DNA of 64,000 nt from Lama guanicoe (lineage: Eukaryota): NCBI GenBank assembly GCA_013239625.1, contig MU054323.1, positions 15,938,029 to 16,002,028 on the forward strand, written 5' to 3'. Both the position numbers and the translations under genes were made by a program. Each line of letters begins with the position of its first letter. Position 1 is the stretch's first letter. This document shows, in pieces, positions 44,291 through 56,700 of the stretch. The notes beneath the pieces are model-generated. The model was not told where the DNA came from, made no database searches, and saw nothing but the letters and a program-made list of their open reading frames with translations.

Positions 44291-45094
44291 TAGCCATGTA
44301 TTTTTATCTGAAAAAAAAGAGAGAGAACACCAAGCCTGGTATATCTAGCCCTCTATCCATTAAAACCCTCATTTAACATGAACTATTCATCTGTGATAGC
44401 TGATCACAATCACAATAATGGCTTGTTCACTGCAGGAACCTGAGTAGTCCGAACCATCCAATAATGGTTAGATACCATTCCTACATTTCATTGTTCTCTG
44501 CTTATTTGAATATCGATTACTCAGAACTAGTATGTGTGGAAATTCTGTTCACCAGAATATTTGGTTAACCAAAATAGCCCATTTTCATTCCATATTCAGT
44601 AACTTACATGTCTCTAACTCGTAAAATCATGGTAGAATACTATCTCAGATTTGAATGATTCTTAAAAGTCTATCTTTGATTTAATTTGATTTCTATTTTT
44701 TATTTTGATGGTTCAATTACCATCAAAATAAAATGACTTCGTTTAAAGTCTCAAAAATGTAAAAGTTCCCTCTTATGTAAATAGGTTTCTGGAAGCAATG
44801 TCTCACTTTTCTGTATTTCCATAGCATGTTATTTTGAGTATAGGTCATGACACTTAAGATTTCCTCGCTTATATGTATTATTTTATGCCCATTAAGCTAT
44901 TCATGCCCATAGTTCACTTTCCCTACTAGTCTATCAGCAACTTGGAGGCAATATTCTTATTGGGTTTTGCATCCCCGTAGTGCATGGTCCAGTGCTTTAC
45001 TCTTGAAGCAGTGCTCAGTAAGTATTTAATTGGAAGAATGAATCCATGTTGACATGAACATACTTGTGATTGTCTTTTGTTTCACTGTGTTTAA

Positions 45095-45444
<350 letters not shown>

Positions 45445-46137
45445 CATTATAGTTTTATTTTATTAAACTCAAATCAAAACTTCATACAATTTTCCCCTTT
45501 AGCTTCAGTGTATTCTTTTTACCTCAGTTTTCGTTGGCTGATGGATTAGCTGCAAATGTAACTTATGTTAATTCCCACCTGTTTCCCCTCACTGAGCTTC
45601 CAGAAGTGATTCTGAGCACCTCCCACCCCTACCCATAAACAAAACAGAACAAAAAGCACAATTCAAAGGAAGTGGAGATTATTCAAGAAAAGAATACACA
45701 CACATTTCTATGATTCCTTGTATGAAAGAGTTTATAGGAAACATCCACAATTTTAAAAACCTATGTCCTACCTAACTGGGAGACCATTGATGAGAATAAT
45801 GGCACAGAGAGGCAGTCTCACCCTCATCCCATCTGGCGGAGGTAGATTCTTTGAAAGCAAAAAGAATCTTTAAAGGAGGTTGATTCTAATAGAGCCAACC
45901 GGAATCTGTTGTTGAAGTGTTAACAGTGGTTTCTGTTGTGTCTGGCAGACGTGAAAATATCAGGGCAACTGGTAAACTGGGACATGTTCTAGTATATTCT
46001 GCCCTTGACACCTCTCCTAACTGGTTGAGAGTGTAGCAGAGGATTTATGGCCTTGGGCTAATTCAGCATGATCTAAGAGAACAGCAAACCAAGACTCTTC
46101 AATGTGAACTATCCGTGTGCTTGTATCCTATATCTAG

Positions 46138-46269
<132 letters not shown>

Positions 46270-46479
46270 TGATTTTGTGTGTGTGTGAAAGTCACATTTC
46301 CTGTAGACAGTGGAAATTTTTTATTCCATCTAAATGGCAATTTGAGATGAATGTTTTAAAGAAATAGTGGATAGAGAAATAATTGAGGGCTGATTGAAGG
46401 AGCTTTTAACTTCTTAGAAACTGAATGTGCAGAAGGGAATTTTTCAGTCTTCTATTTCAAAATAAAGAATTTTTTTTCA

Positions 46480-46700
46480 TTTTATTTTCCTTTTTTTTTA
46501 ATTGAAGTACAGTTGATTTACAATATTGTGTTAGTTTCTGGTGTTCAGCGTGGTGATTCAGTTATACACACATACATATATATATATTTACACATAGATA
46601 TATATTCTTTTTCATTACAGGCTCCTACATGATAATTGAATATAATTTCCTGTATTATACCAGTAACACCTTGTTGTTTATGTATTTTATATATAGCCAT
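46480..46700 (-). mobile_element. Antisense L1 3' end
   Basis: T-tail then attgaagtacagttgatttacaatattgtgttagtttctggtgt. Confidence 0.8.
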
Positions 46701-47072
46701 GCTTTATTTTTAATGATTCTTCAGCTACAGATATTTGAAAGATGTAATAAAGTTTTAGAACTAATATTTTGGTCATTAGGTAGAATATTGTCCCTGAACC
46801 ATAAAAAATCAGAATGTGGAAATCCACTCTTTTTTTTTCACTCTAAGGAAGAAATGAAACATGTCAAATGTCTTACAGAGTTAACTTGAATTTAAGGACT
46901 TTGTCCTAGAGAGTGAAGAATTTATAGTTATTGTTGCTTGTATCTTTTCCTGCTTTGTTTAGCAGAGTCAGACGCAAACACAGTTACAAGATACATGTTG
47001 TTGAAAGAATGTTCTAGAATAATTAACTATGCAATTTGTATTAATTGTTTCTTTTCCTCACATAAATTCCAG

Positions 47073-47128
47073 ATAAAGAAGATCTGTCTTCAAATTGCCC
47101 AGGACCAACTTCCGCAGATCATGACTAG
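47073..47128 (+). CDS. GPATCH11: GPATCH11 exon 9, coding part to TAG stop
   Basis: ttccag|AT AAA GAA...GAC TAG; KEDLSSNCPGPTSADHD*. Confidence 0.95.
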
Positions 47129-47439
47129 ATGATTCTCAATAAAGTAGAAGCTTGGCAAATGTTATTGTTTCCTAAAGATAAACAGTTGAGCAGTTAGAAC
47201 TCCCAAACTTTTGATGCCAGTAAAGGAGGGACTTAATATATTTTGTATATTATAAGTACTTTGTACTTTAGCATATAATTGTTTACTGACTTTAGAAACA
47301 TAATGGAATACCATTTCAGAACACAAGTATTGTAGACATGGGCAGTGACAATTTATGACTCTGTTTTGATGCTTACAGGATTTAGATACCAACTAGGAAC
47401 TCTCTTATTCCTTTCTTCACTTTGGAACAAATTGAGAAA

Positions 47440-47866
47440 TAAGACGTGGGAGTTAGAGAGAGAGCAAAATAGAAACATCAGCTTTATTATCAATTAAGCT
47501 GAAATGGAGAGCAAGTTGACTTGTCCTACGGTCAGGCTCCCTGAGAGATCGCCGTATCTGGAGAGAACTGCAGACCTGGCCTCTCAGGGACTGAGCCCAT
47601 CTTTGTGTTTGGAGACCAGTTAGTTCTTAAGGTGAGAGACCCAACCCACCAGGGGTAGGTCACCCACGCTCAGTTCCTTTTCCCAAAATCACTCATCAGA
47701 TGAGACACCTCTGTGTTACGAGGGAATGAATATGGATTCACAGAGCTTGTTCCCATTCTTCGCTCTTCCAAAGAGCAAGAAGAAGTTCCCTTCCCTCCAT
47801 GCAAGCATGGAGAGGAGAGGAAAAGTATCCCCCTCAGTAAGAGAGATGTCAGAGGCAATGTTCCAT
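47440..47866 (-). mobile_element. Possible ERV solo LTR inside the GPATCH11 3' UTR
   Basis: GC-richer ~420-bp block with a minus-strand AATAAA followed by a pyrimidine-rich U5-like stretch; family not identified. Confidence 0.35.
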
Positions 47867-49243
47867 TAATAGTACTGAATTCTTTTCAGTTTTAGAAATA
47901 AAGTAATTATGATATGCTGTAAAATTATGAGTTTTCATGGCAATGTATATGTCCATTATAAGTGAACTGTTGCAAGTTTTGGCTAAAGAAACTTAATAAT
48001 TGGGAGTAACCTTAAATACCAGATGACCCACCTTCTTTATTAATCCCTTTGACAACATTCCCAGCAGGTGGTAATCCAACCTTTGCCTTTATTCCTCCAG
48101 CCACAGAGCTCACTATCTTAAAACAGACTGTTGCATTGCTGGGTAGCTCTGAGTCACTTTTAAAGTTATTTTTCCTGAATTCTGCTTCCTTATAATTTAA
48201 CTGAATATAGCTGAAGACATACTATGTGGCACACCTCTAGAGAGCTCCATCCAAGATTGGGCGTCAAAATCATGAACTATTTTTTAAAGTTCACAAGCTC
48301 AGGTGCCTCCCCTAGTGATTCTGATTCAGCTAGTCTAGGATACTTTCTGAATATCTGTATTTATTTTAAAGTTCTAAGAATGAGTCTGATTATCACCTGT
48401 GGGTGAGAACTAGTGCTCTTGGTTAAACTAGAGCACAATTGCTCTTTGGATCTCACCTGTACAGTTTTATAGCTCACCTTTCAGTAGCACTGAGCAAGAG
48501 ATCAACCTCTTCTATTAGAAGCTACATACCTGAGAACATAGCAAAAGCTAACCTACATTTGCCTGAGTTGAGATAATCAATAGTACAACTTACACTGGCA
48601 TCTGACCTAACACGACCTGATCTACTTGTTCTCAAGTTTTTGGGGGAGCTTTAAAAAATGATAATACAAAGATTCCACCCCCTAGAGATTCTGTGGCCTG
48701 TGATCACTATCCTTGATTCTAAGATGCAGCTGAGCTTGCAAACCTAGTTACCTTCTGGGCCTCAGTTCTTCATCCAGAACTGAATTATTTTTATGAATAT
48801 AAATACATATATAAAATATTGGAGCTTACATAGTTGTACAGTACTGTTTGATATTTACTTTTTTCATTTAAAAAATAATAAAATTGCATTAACAAATAAA
48901 AAGGACTGCATCTTTTTAGAATTATTGTCAATTCCTTTCCTGTCATTTCAGCTAACATAACCACATTCATTCAGTCAGTCCCAAAGCTACACAGATTGTT
49001 TCAGACAGAATGGAGTTAGGAACTGGCTTCCTTTTCTCCCCTTGCTGACCCTGGGGCAACCCACAACCTGCCCAATGGCCTAGAATTTTTAAATATGCTC
49101 AGAACAATTAGGCCTAGAATGCAGGAATAATCTGGATGGAACCCACGACTCCACCAGAGTTGTGGTCTGCATCTCCAGGCCAGAGGCCAGAACTCAGCCT
49201 GCCTTGGACAGTGGGAGATATCCCTCCACTTTTACCACTGATA

Positions 49244-49287
49244 ATTAAAAACGCAGTTTCTAATATGAGTAAAAACTTATTTTTATT
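49244..49287. terminator. Candidate convergent distal poly(A) signals (GPATCH11 +, EIF2AK2 -)
   Basis: ATTAAA (+) at 49244-49249 facing AATAAA (-) at 49287-49282, at the edge of a non-repetitive AT-rich block. Confidence 0.4.
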
Positions 49288-50014
49288 CATATAAGCCTTT
49301 TACAACTTTATGACAATAGTGAAAACCAAAGGAAGCAAAACATTGAAAAGAATTTTTATTAAAAAAAAAGAATTTTTAAATTTGCTTTTGAACATATGTG
49401 ACATTTGAAATGTAAAGTAAACTTTAACATGTCATCATTTAATTTTGTTTATATTGTACTATGTTTATTCTCAAAGTCCTATCCAGTATTTCTATAATAG
49501 TTCATTTTCCTAATTATAAAGCCAAAATACTGGAGCTTCTAAAGTTCAAAATAAAAAGGCTTTAACATACAAAATTGATCTACCTTACCCACCTTTACTC
49601 CAAGTGTTATTTACCAACATTTGATTGTTGAAATTTTACAGTGAACATAATTATTATTTAGTATTAGACACATTTTATAGGATCAAGCATATGAAATTCT
49701 TAACACTTTTATTCCCCACTAATTCAAAAGAGTTCCTGCTTTATGCAGGGTAACACACTTGTTGCCCTGGGGTAAATCAAAAAGAGAGAGCCTGTCCCTG
49801 CGTTCAAGAAATTCACAAGGAGGGAAACACCTGTGCAGGAATAACTGCTCCAAGGCAAACTGGTAAGTACAATACTGAGGTATTACACAACGGGAATACT
49901 AGGGAGAAGTTTCATTCCAAGTGGGAGATGGTGGAACACTATGGCAACAGCACTGAATGTGAGCTCTGAACATAACTTTGCTATGCAGAGTTACAAGGAA
50001 GGAGCTATAATATG

Positions 50015-50810
50015 ACCAGTGTTTCTACTCCTAGGTATATACCCAAGAGAAATGGAAACATATGTTCACATAAAACTTGTACACGAATATTCAAAGCAGT
50101 ATTATTCATAATAGCCAGGAAGTAGAAACCCCAATGTCCATCAGCCAATGAAGAGGTGAATTAAATGTGATATATCCATACATGAATATTATTTGGCAAT
50201 AAAAGGGAAAGGAATTTCTGATCCATGCTGTACCACAGATGAAACTTGAAAACATACTAAGTCAAAAAGACCACATATTGTATGATTCCATTTAAATAAA
50301 ATGTCCAGATAGAAAAGATAGAAAGTAGATTAGTGGTTGCCTCAAGTTGGGGGAAGATAAGGAATGGCTGCTAATTGGTACGGGGTTTCTTTCTGGGGTG
50401 AGAAAAATGTTATAAAATTGACTGTGGTGAAGCACATTCGTGAAAATATCAGACTTCCTCATTTTCTCCCCAGTTGATTTTGGTATTATTCATAATTTAA
50501 TTTTGGTTATTTCCTATTTTTAAAATTTATATGTAAGTCTAATCTGTCATTATTTATTCCAATAGTGGTTTTTATTTTGTTATCCATCCATATTCCTACT
50601 CTATCATTTTATCTGGTACTTATATGGGCTGTTTTATCATGTCTTTATCGTTATTAAAGCCATATTTTTTTCTTAAAAAAATGATTGTGGTGATGGTTGT
50701 ACAGCTCTGAATATACTAAACACCAACAAATGTATACTTTAAATGGGTTGAACTTTATGGTATGTGAATTATGTCTTACTAAAGCTGTTATTTAAAAAAA
50801 AAAAAGTAGG
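50015..50810 (+). mobile_element. L1MB-like 3' end, interrupted at ~50440-50675
   Basis: ctcctaggtatatacccaagagaaatggaaacatatgttcaca...tatgtgaattatgtcttactaaagctgtt plus A-tail. Confidence 0.85.
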
Positions 50811-52192
50811 TTGAAGGGAATTTCAGGCAGAAACCATAGCAGAGAGCCATGGAGCGAAAAAGCCTATTCAGTTAAGCCTGAGCAGACCTGTGTGGCTGGG
50901 GCTTATTCAGGTAACACTGAACATGGGATGCACAACGGGGCCCCCAGAGGAGCACAACCCTGCAAACACCTGACTTGAGCCCAGGGAGCCCTTTTTCAGA
51001 CTTCTGGCCTCCCGAACTGTAAGAAGATAAAAGTGGGTGGTTTTCACCCACCAATTTTGTTTTGTTTTGTTTTCCGGTTGTGTAAGGTTTGTGTTATTTT
51101 GTTTTATCCTGAAAACAGTCTTGAGTAGGAATTAGGGTCCCCTTTCACAAGAGAGGAAAAATGAGGCCCGACAGGGTTAGTGACTTGCACAGGTCAGCCA
51201 CCAATTTTGGAACTGGTTACAGCAGCCACAGGAAACAAATACAGGTCTCAATCCAATTGACCCCTCAGTCTCACATATTTGAGAGATATTTGATTTGCCT
51301 CAGAGTTTTACCTATTACACAGTTTTCAGTCAGAGGGCAGGCCATCTATCCTCTGCAGTCCCTTCCTTGGTGACCCTTCTGAGAAAGTGCAGGATAGGTA
51401 TAGGTCACAGTCCCAGACATCGAATCACAGACATTAGGGAGTACTGACATTTAGATGTAAAGAGTGAATATCTAAATGGAGGTGTCTCCCATGCTTCTGT
51501 TTCTGAGCCCTCTTTCCTCTGTGTAACCTCCCCCTTGACAATCCCTTGGATTCAAAGTTAAGCTTCAGGGGTTACTTCCAGAAAACATACACATCTCCTC
51601 TGTGTATGAGTCCAGTTCATCCTTTCTATCAAGTGCCTCTCCTGCATTTCCCAGAGGTTGCTCTATGTCCTCCCCCGAATCTTTGGCAGCACCTCAAATG
51701 CGGCATCTCAAAATGAGATCCAGCGTTTTCCCTCTCAGATGTGCTTCATCTCACGCTGCTGACATGTGAACAGGGGCCCCACCGTTGGCCGAAATCCTAA
51801 CTAAAAACTGTGTAATAGATAACAGTGTGAGACAAAATCTCTCTCAAATACATGTGGCTCTTTAAGGGGTTAATTTGATTGAGACTTGTATCTCCTTTAA
51901 TGGCATATTCCTGGCTCTCACCATCAAACAAACCTGGAGGTTATCTGGGATGCTTTTCCCTAAATCCTCACATCCAATTAGTTGCCAGTTCCTCTTGGTT
52001 CTCTCCGCTCCCACTGACAAGGCCTTCTCAGCCTCTCAGCCTCAGAAATATAGTCTTTTCCTGCTCCAGCCCACTCTAAACACACTATTTCAAAGTGTAG
52101 GTTAGGGCATGCCCCTGCCAAAAAAACAAAGCTCACTTCATCACTTTGGAGGTTGCTGGGATGCCAGCTCAACCTAAAAATTAAGAAACATT

Positions 52193-52337
52193 GAGGGGAG
52201 GGTATAGCTCAGTGGTAGAGTGCATGCTTAGCATGCACGAGGTCCTGGGTTCAATCCCCAGTACCTCCATTAAAATAACTAAATAAAAACCTAGTTACCT
52301 CCCTTGCCAAAAGAATAAAAAATAAATAAAAGAAATA
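52193..52337 (+). mobile_element. tRNA-Ala(AGC)-derived SINE (Vic-1-like), well preserved
   Basis: A box TAGCTCAGTGG (52205), B box GGTTCAATCCC (52248), anticodon AGC (52230-52232), A-rich tail, TSD taagaaa(c/t)att at 52182 and 52338. Confidence 0.92.
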
Positions 52338-53448
52338 TAAGAAATATTTATCTCACTTTTCTCATTCAGCTTTAGAGAAAGTTCTTCTTTATAGAAGAAT
52401 CACAGATGATAAATGCAAGAGGTTTGATAGAATCCAAAAAAAAAAAATCAATATTTTGCAATCCCTAATGAAATAATGGCTCCAGGCAATAATCATCAAT
52501 GGCTGCTAACCATTAGGTGAAAGATTGATAAGGAAGAGTGACACCACCACAAACTACCAATCAAATTTAAAATCCCCAAAAGTAGAACAACTAGACATCA
52601 CGTTCCTCCTGAAGTGAGGCAAAAGAATCACCTATGGCGTATTCTTGGAAAAAATTGGGGGGCCAGAATCAAATCATGTTTCTAGATCTAACTAGACACC
52701 ATGGGGATACTGTCAGCTAAAATCCTCAGTGAAGGAAATTCTATAGGATATATGATCTAGTTTCTTCCTCAAAGAAATAGCAAGAAGAAAGAAATTAAAA
52801 TGGGGTGAATGTTATAAAGTAAAAGAGACATACCGACTAAATGCAATGTTGGATCCTGATGGAAACAACCTTCAGAAAGACATTTTTGAGACAGGAAAAT
52901 GGAATACAGACTGATTAGTGCATGATAATTAATAAAATCTTATTCATTTTGTTCAGTGACAATGATATCATGGTTTGGTTAAAATTAAAAAGATCTTACC
53001 TATTAAAAATACATTTTTAAGAATTTACAAGTGAAATGATACGATGCCTCAGATTTGCTTTAAAATCCTCCAGCAAAAGATATTTTAAAAAAGGAAAGGT
53101 TAAATAGAATGAGAAAGGCAGAAAATTGATCGTTGCTGAAGCTGGGTCATGGGTACACAGTTTCATTATTCGAGTCTCTGTTTCTGTGTATGTTTTAAGA
53201 TAAAAACTTTCGAAAATAAATAATGTTGGAATTATGCCGTATTTCATAATGAAAAGTTAACATGCTAAGAACTTTAAGTTGTGGTGAACGTGTAGGAAGT
53301 TGTGGGAAATTGATGTTACGAGTTCATCTCAAGAACATAGACTGGATAAATGGAGTCTTGGAAAAGCTCGTATTTAGTCTTCTAAACATTTCATACACAT
53401 CTAACCTCATGAACATGCAACCTGTGTGGTTGTATGAGGACCCACGTA

Positions 53449-53591
53449 TTTTTTTGTTTTGTTTGTTTTGGGGAGGGGGTAATTAGGTTTACTTATTTAA
53501 CTTTTTTTTTTAAATAGAGGTACTGGGAATTGAACTCAGGACCTTGTGCATGCTAAGCATGCACTCTACTACTTGAGCTATACCCCCACCT
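53449..53591 (-). mobile_element. tRNA-Ala-derived SINE (Vic-1-like)
   Basis: Reverse complement of the same head and tail consensus. Confidence 0.9.
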
Positions 53592-53605
53592 CCACATTAA
53601 ATTTT

Positions 53606-53761
53606 AAAAAAAATTTAATGTTTTATTTGTTTATTTATTGGTTTACTGTGGGCAGGGGAGGTAATTAGGTTTATTTATTTTAATGGAGGTACTGGGGATT
53701 GAACCCAGGACCTCATGCATGCTAAACTAGCACACTCTACCACTGAGCTATACCCTTCCCC
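53606..53761 (-). mobile_element. tRNA-Ala-derived SINE (Vic-1-like), tandem to previous copy
   Basis: Reverse complement of the same head and tail consensus. Confidence 0.9.
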
Positions 53762-56431
53762 CGACGTTAATTTTTGAACAAGGGCTTCACAAATTATGTA
53801 GCTGGCCATACAAACACACACACACTTATTTATGTATATATGCTAAATATACCTAACACAATAACATATATGTATGTGCTGAGTGTATTACATATATATG
53901 TATTTATGCTAAGTATGTCTATATTTAATAAATAGTGTATGTGTAATTAGTGATAAAAATTTCCTAGAAGTTCTGTTCCTAGTGAAGCAACTAGGTCAAA
54001 ATAGCTCTTTCAAAACCTCTGCACATTCTCTGTTTAAGAGGATACTTTTTATTTACTAGTTTTGAGGCAGAGAAAATATATACTCATAAATAAACAAAAG
54101 CTTCCTAGGGATGCTATATTTGCTTCATGGTAGTAGAAATATTAAAGTGAGAGAAGGATGTATAAAAATATTGACTGTCGGACACCTGAAACTAATATAA
54201 TATTGTAAATCAACTATACTTCAATTAAAAAAAGAGAAAAGGTAAAAATAAGGCCACATTCACACTAACTTGCCACATGCATTAGTTTTTCTTTTGAATT
54301 TAGACTTATTCATTAAAATCCAGATACTACTAGCTTTTTTTTTAAAGATTTCTCTCCACCCAGAAAAATTTCAAACCTACAGAAAACTCCAAGAATAATA
54401 CAAGAAACACTTCTATATCTTCCACTGAAATTTATCAATTTTTCAATTGTTAACATTTTGTCACATTTTCTTTCTCACTCTCTCTCTATATATACACACA
54501 CACATAGATATACATAAAAATTGATTTTCAGTGAACATTTGGAAGTTGCAAATGTCACACCACTTCACCCCTAAATATTTCTGAACACATTGCCTAATAA
54601 GACATTTTCCAGGATGACCACAACATCATTATCACACCTAGGAAAATTAAGAATTATTCTATAATGTCATTTAATATGCAGTTTATATTCAAATGTTCTC
54701 AATTGTCTCAAAAAAAGTCTTTATGCGTGTTACAGCTATTTTCTGACTTTTTCTTTTTTAATATAGCCAGAATACATTCAAGATTCAAGCACTGCATTTG
54801 GTCATTATATCTCTCAAGTCTCTCCATTTAGAAGAGTTCGCCTACATTTCTTTTTCATGATATTGACTTTTTGAGAAGCCCAAGTTAATTACCTTATCAA
54901 ATGACTTCATTCAGAATTTGTCTAATAATTTCCTCATGATTAAATTCCAGTTAAACACTTTGGACAAGAAAACTGAATAGGTGACAGTGTATAATCCTTG
55001 CATCACATTAGGAGGGGCATGATGTCGGGTCATCCCACTTTCAGCGATGCTAAATTTAATCACTTGGTTATTGTGGAGATAAGCTCTTTCCATTTTAAAG
55101 ATACATCTTTCCTATTGTAATATCATCTGTGGGATTATATTTTAATCCGTTTAAAGCCCCTGTTTTTCAACACTTTTTCAACCAACAGTTTTAGCAACAA
55201 TTGATGAACCTTGTCTTAATCAAATACTGCACCAGAAGTTGAAAACTGTATTAATTGCTTTTAGTAACACTTTTTAGAAATTGCTATAAGCCTTTACAAA
55301 AGTATCTTCTATTACTGTGATTTTTCTGCTAAGCCTAAATTTGGCTCATTTTAAAAACTGTAGAATTACACGATAATTTTAGAATGGTAGTTGGTTGCTA
55401 TAAAGTTTAAAGTAACCCTCAGATACAGCCCAAATTACCTTCCAGCATTCCCTACAGCAATTCAGAGAAACAAACTAGGATGCTCAGTGTTCCTCAAATA
55501 TATCTTTTCTTGAATGCCTTTTGCCCACACTGCCCACATGGTCTCCTCTCTAGTCACCTAAATCTTTCATACACTTGAAAGTCTCCCCGGAGCATGACTT
55601 CTAAGCCCTGTGCCACTATACCTCAGTAGAGAGTGATCTCGTCCCTTCAGATGGACTGTTTCTTGTGCTCAGCTACCGCCTTACAGCACAATTATCATCT
55701 CTTTAAAGTGTTGTTACAATAGGTACAAAATGTATTTAAGATAAGTAGAATAATTATGTAGCAAACACTAGTGGACACAACATCCAGTTTAAGGGAAGAA
55801 AGTTAACTGTTACCTCTGAAGTCTATTTCTCCAATCACATCACTCCCCTCCCTCCTCAGAGACAGCCACTATCAGAATCTAATAATAGTTCTCGTTCCTT
55901 TCCTTCCCTTTATTGTTTTACCACATTTGTTTGGATACCTAAACAAACTTACTTCATTTAGCATGTCCTTGAACTTTATATGGATGGACTCATTCTGTAT
56001 GTATTTTCTATATCCTGCTTTGCTTGACGTTATGCTCCTGAGAGATGTGGCATGTTAATGCATTTAGCTGTAATTTATTCATTTTCACTGTTACATTGTA
56101 TTCCAGTGTATGAATACAATCCAATTTATGTATCCATTCTTCTTGTGATGCACATTAGCATTGTTTCCTGTTCTTTTGGCTATTATAAATGGGGTTTCTA
56201 TGAACATTCTTGTAGGCATGTATGTAGAAATGGAAATGATGGCTTTTCAGGGATGGCTATATACACTTAACTTTGCCAGATGGTAACAAGTTGTTTTCCA
56301 AAGTGACTGTATTTATCTTTTTCACTTGTCTTTTCATGTTACCCATACTTCTCCAACTGGATTGTTAGCTATTTAAGACAGGGATAGATCTTACATTTTT
56401 TGGCCTAGGAACAGTAGGCATTTAATAAATA

Positions 56432-56437
56432 TTTATT
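56432..56437 (-). terminator. Candidate proximal poly(A) signal of EIF2AK2
   Basis: AATAAA on the minus strand ~265 nt after the stop, with ATTAAA at 56426-56421; usage not demonstrable from sequence. Confidence 0.4.
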
Positions 56438-56700
56438 AATTAATTGATCCACTAATTGATTTGAAAAAGAAAATTTGAGAGATTTCTTTTTCTCTTCCCC
56501 ATCTTCACAATAAGGAGATGAACCAGGAAAAAGTCAAATGTAAGAATGTTTTAGAAATAAGAAAAAAATGGAAACCTTTCTGCAAATGTGGCAAGAAATT
56601 AAGGGAAGATGAAAATAGAAGGTGAATGTCAACAATATTCCCTAGCAGATTTTAGACAGTTATAGGATCAAATGCCAGAAGCAGGATACTTTTTTAGCAT

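Larger units (their letters stand above)
52360..56320. mobile_element. Mosaic of old L1 3' fragments (plus ~52.4-53.3 kb; minus ~54.3-55.3 and ~55.7-56.3 kb) downstream of the EIF2AK2 stop
   Basis: L1MC/ME-like 3' UTR phrases (gctgaagctgggtcatgggtacacag; cttcacccctaaatattt; gttttccaaagtgactgta); boundaries approximate. Confidence 0.65.

Noticed and set aside
52198..52269. Apparent tRNA-Ala gene
   Set aside because: Has a SINE tail, TSDs, stem mispairs, no adjacent oligo-T terminator and five sibling copies in the window; annotated as a SINE.
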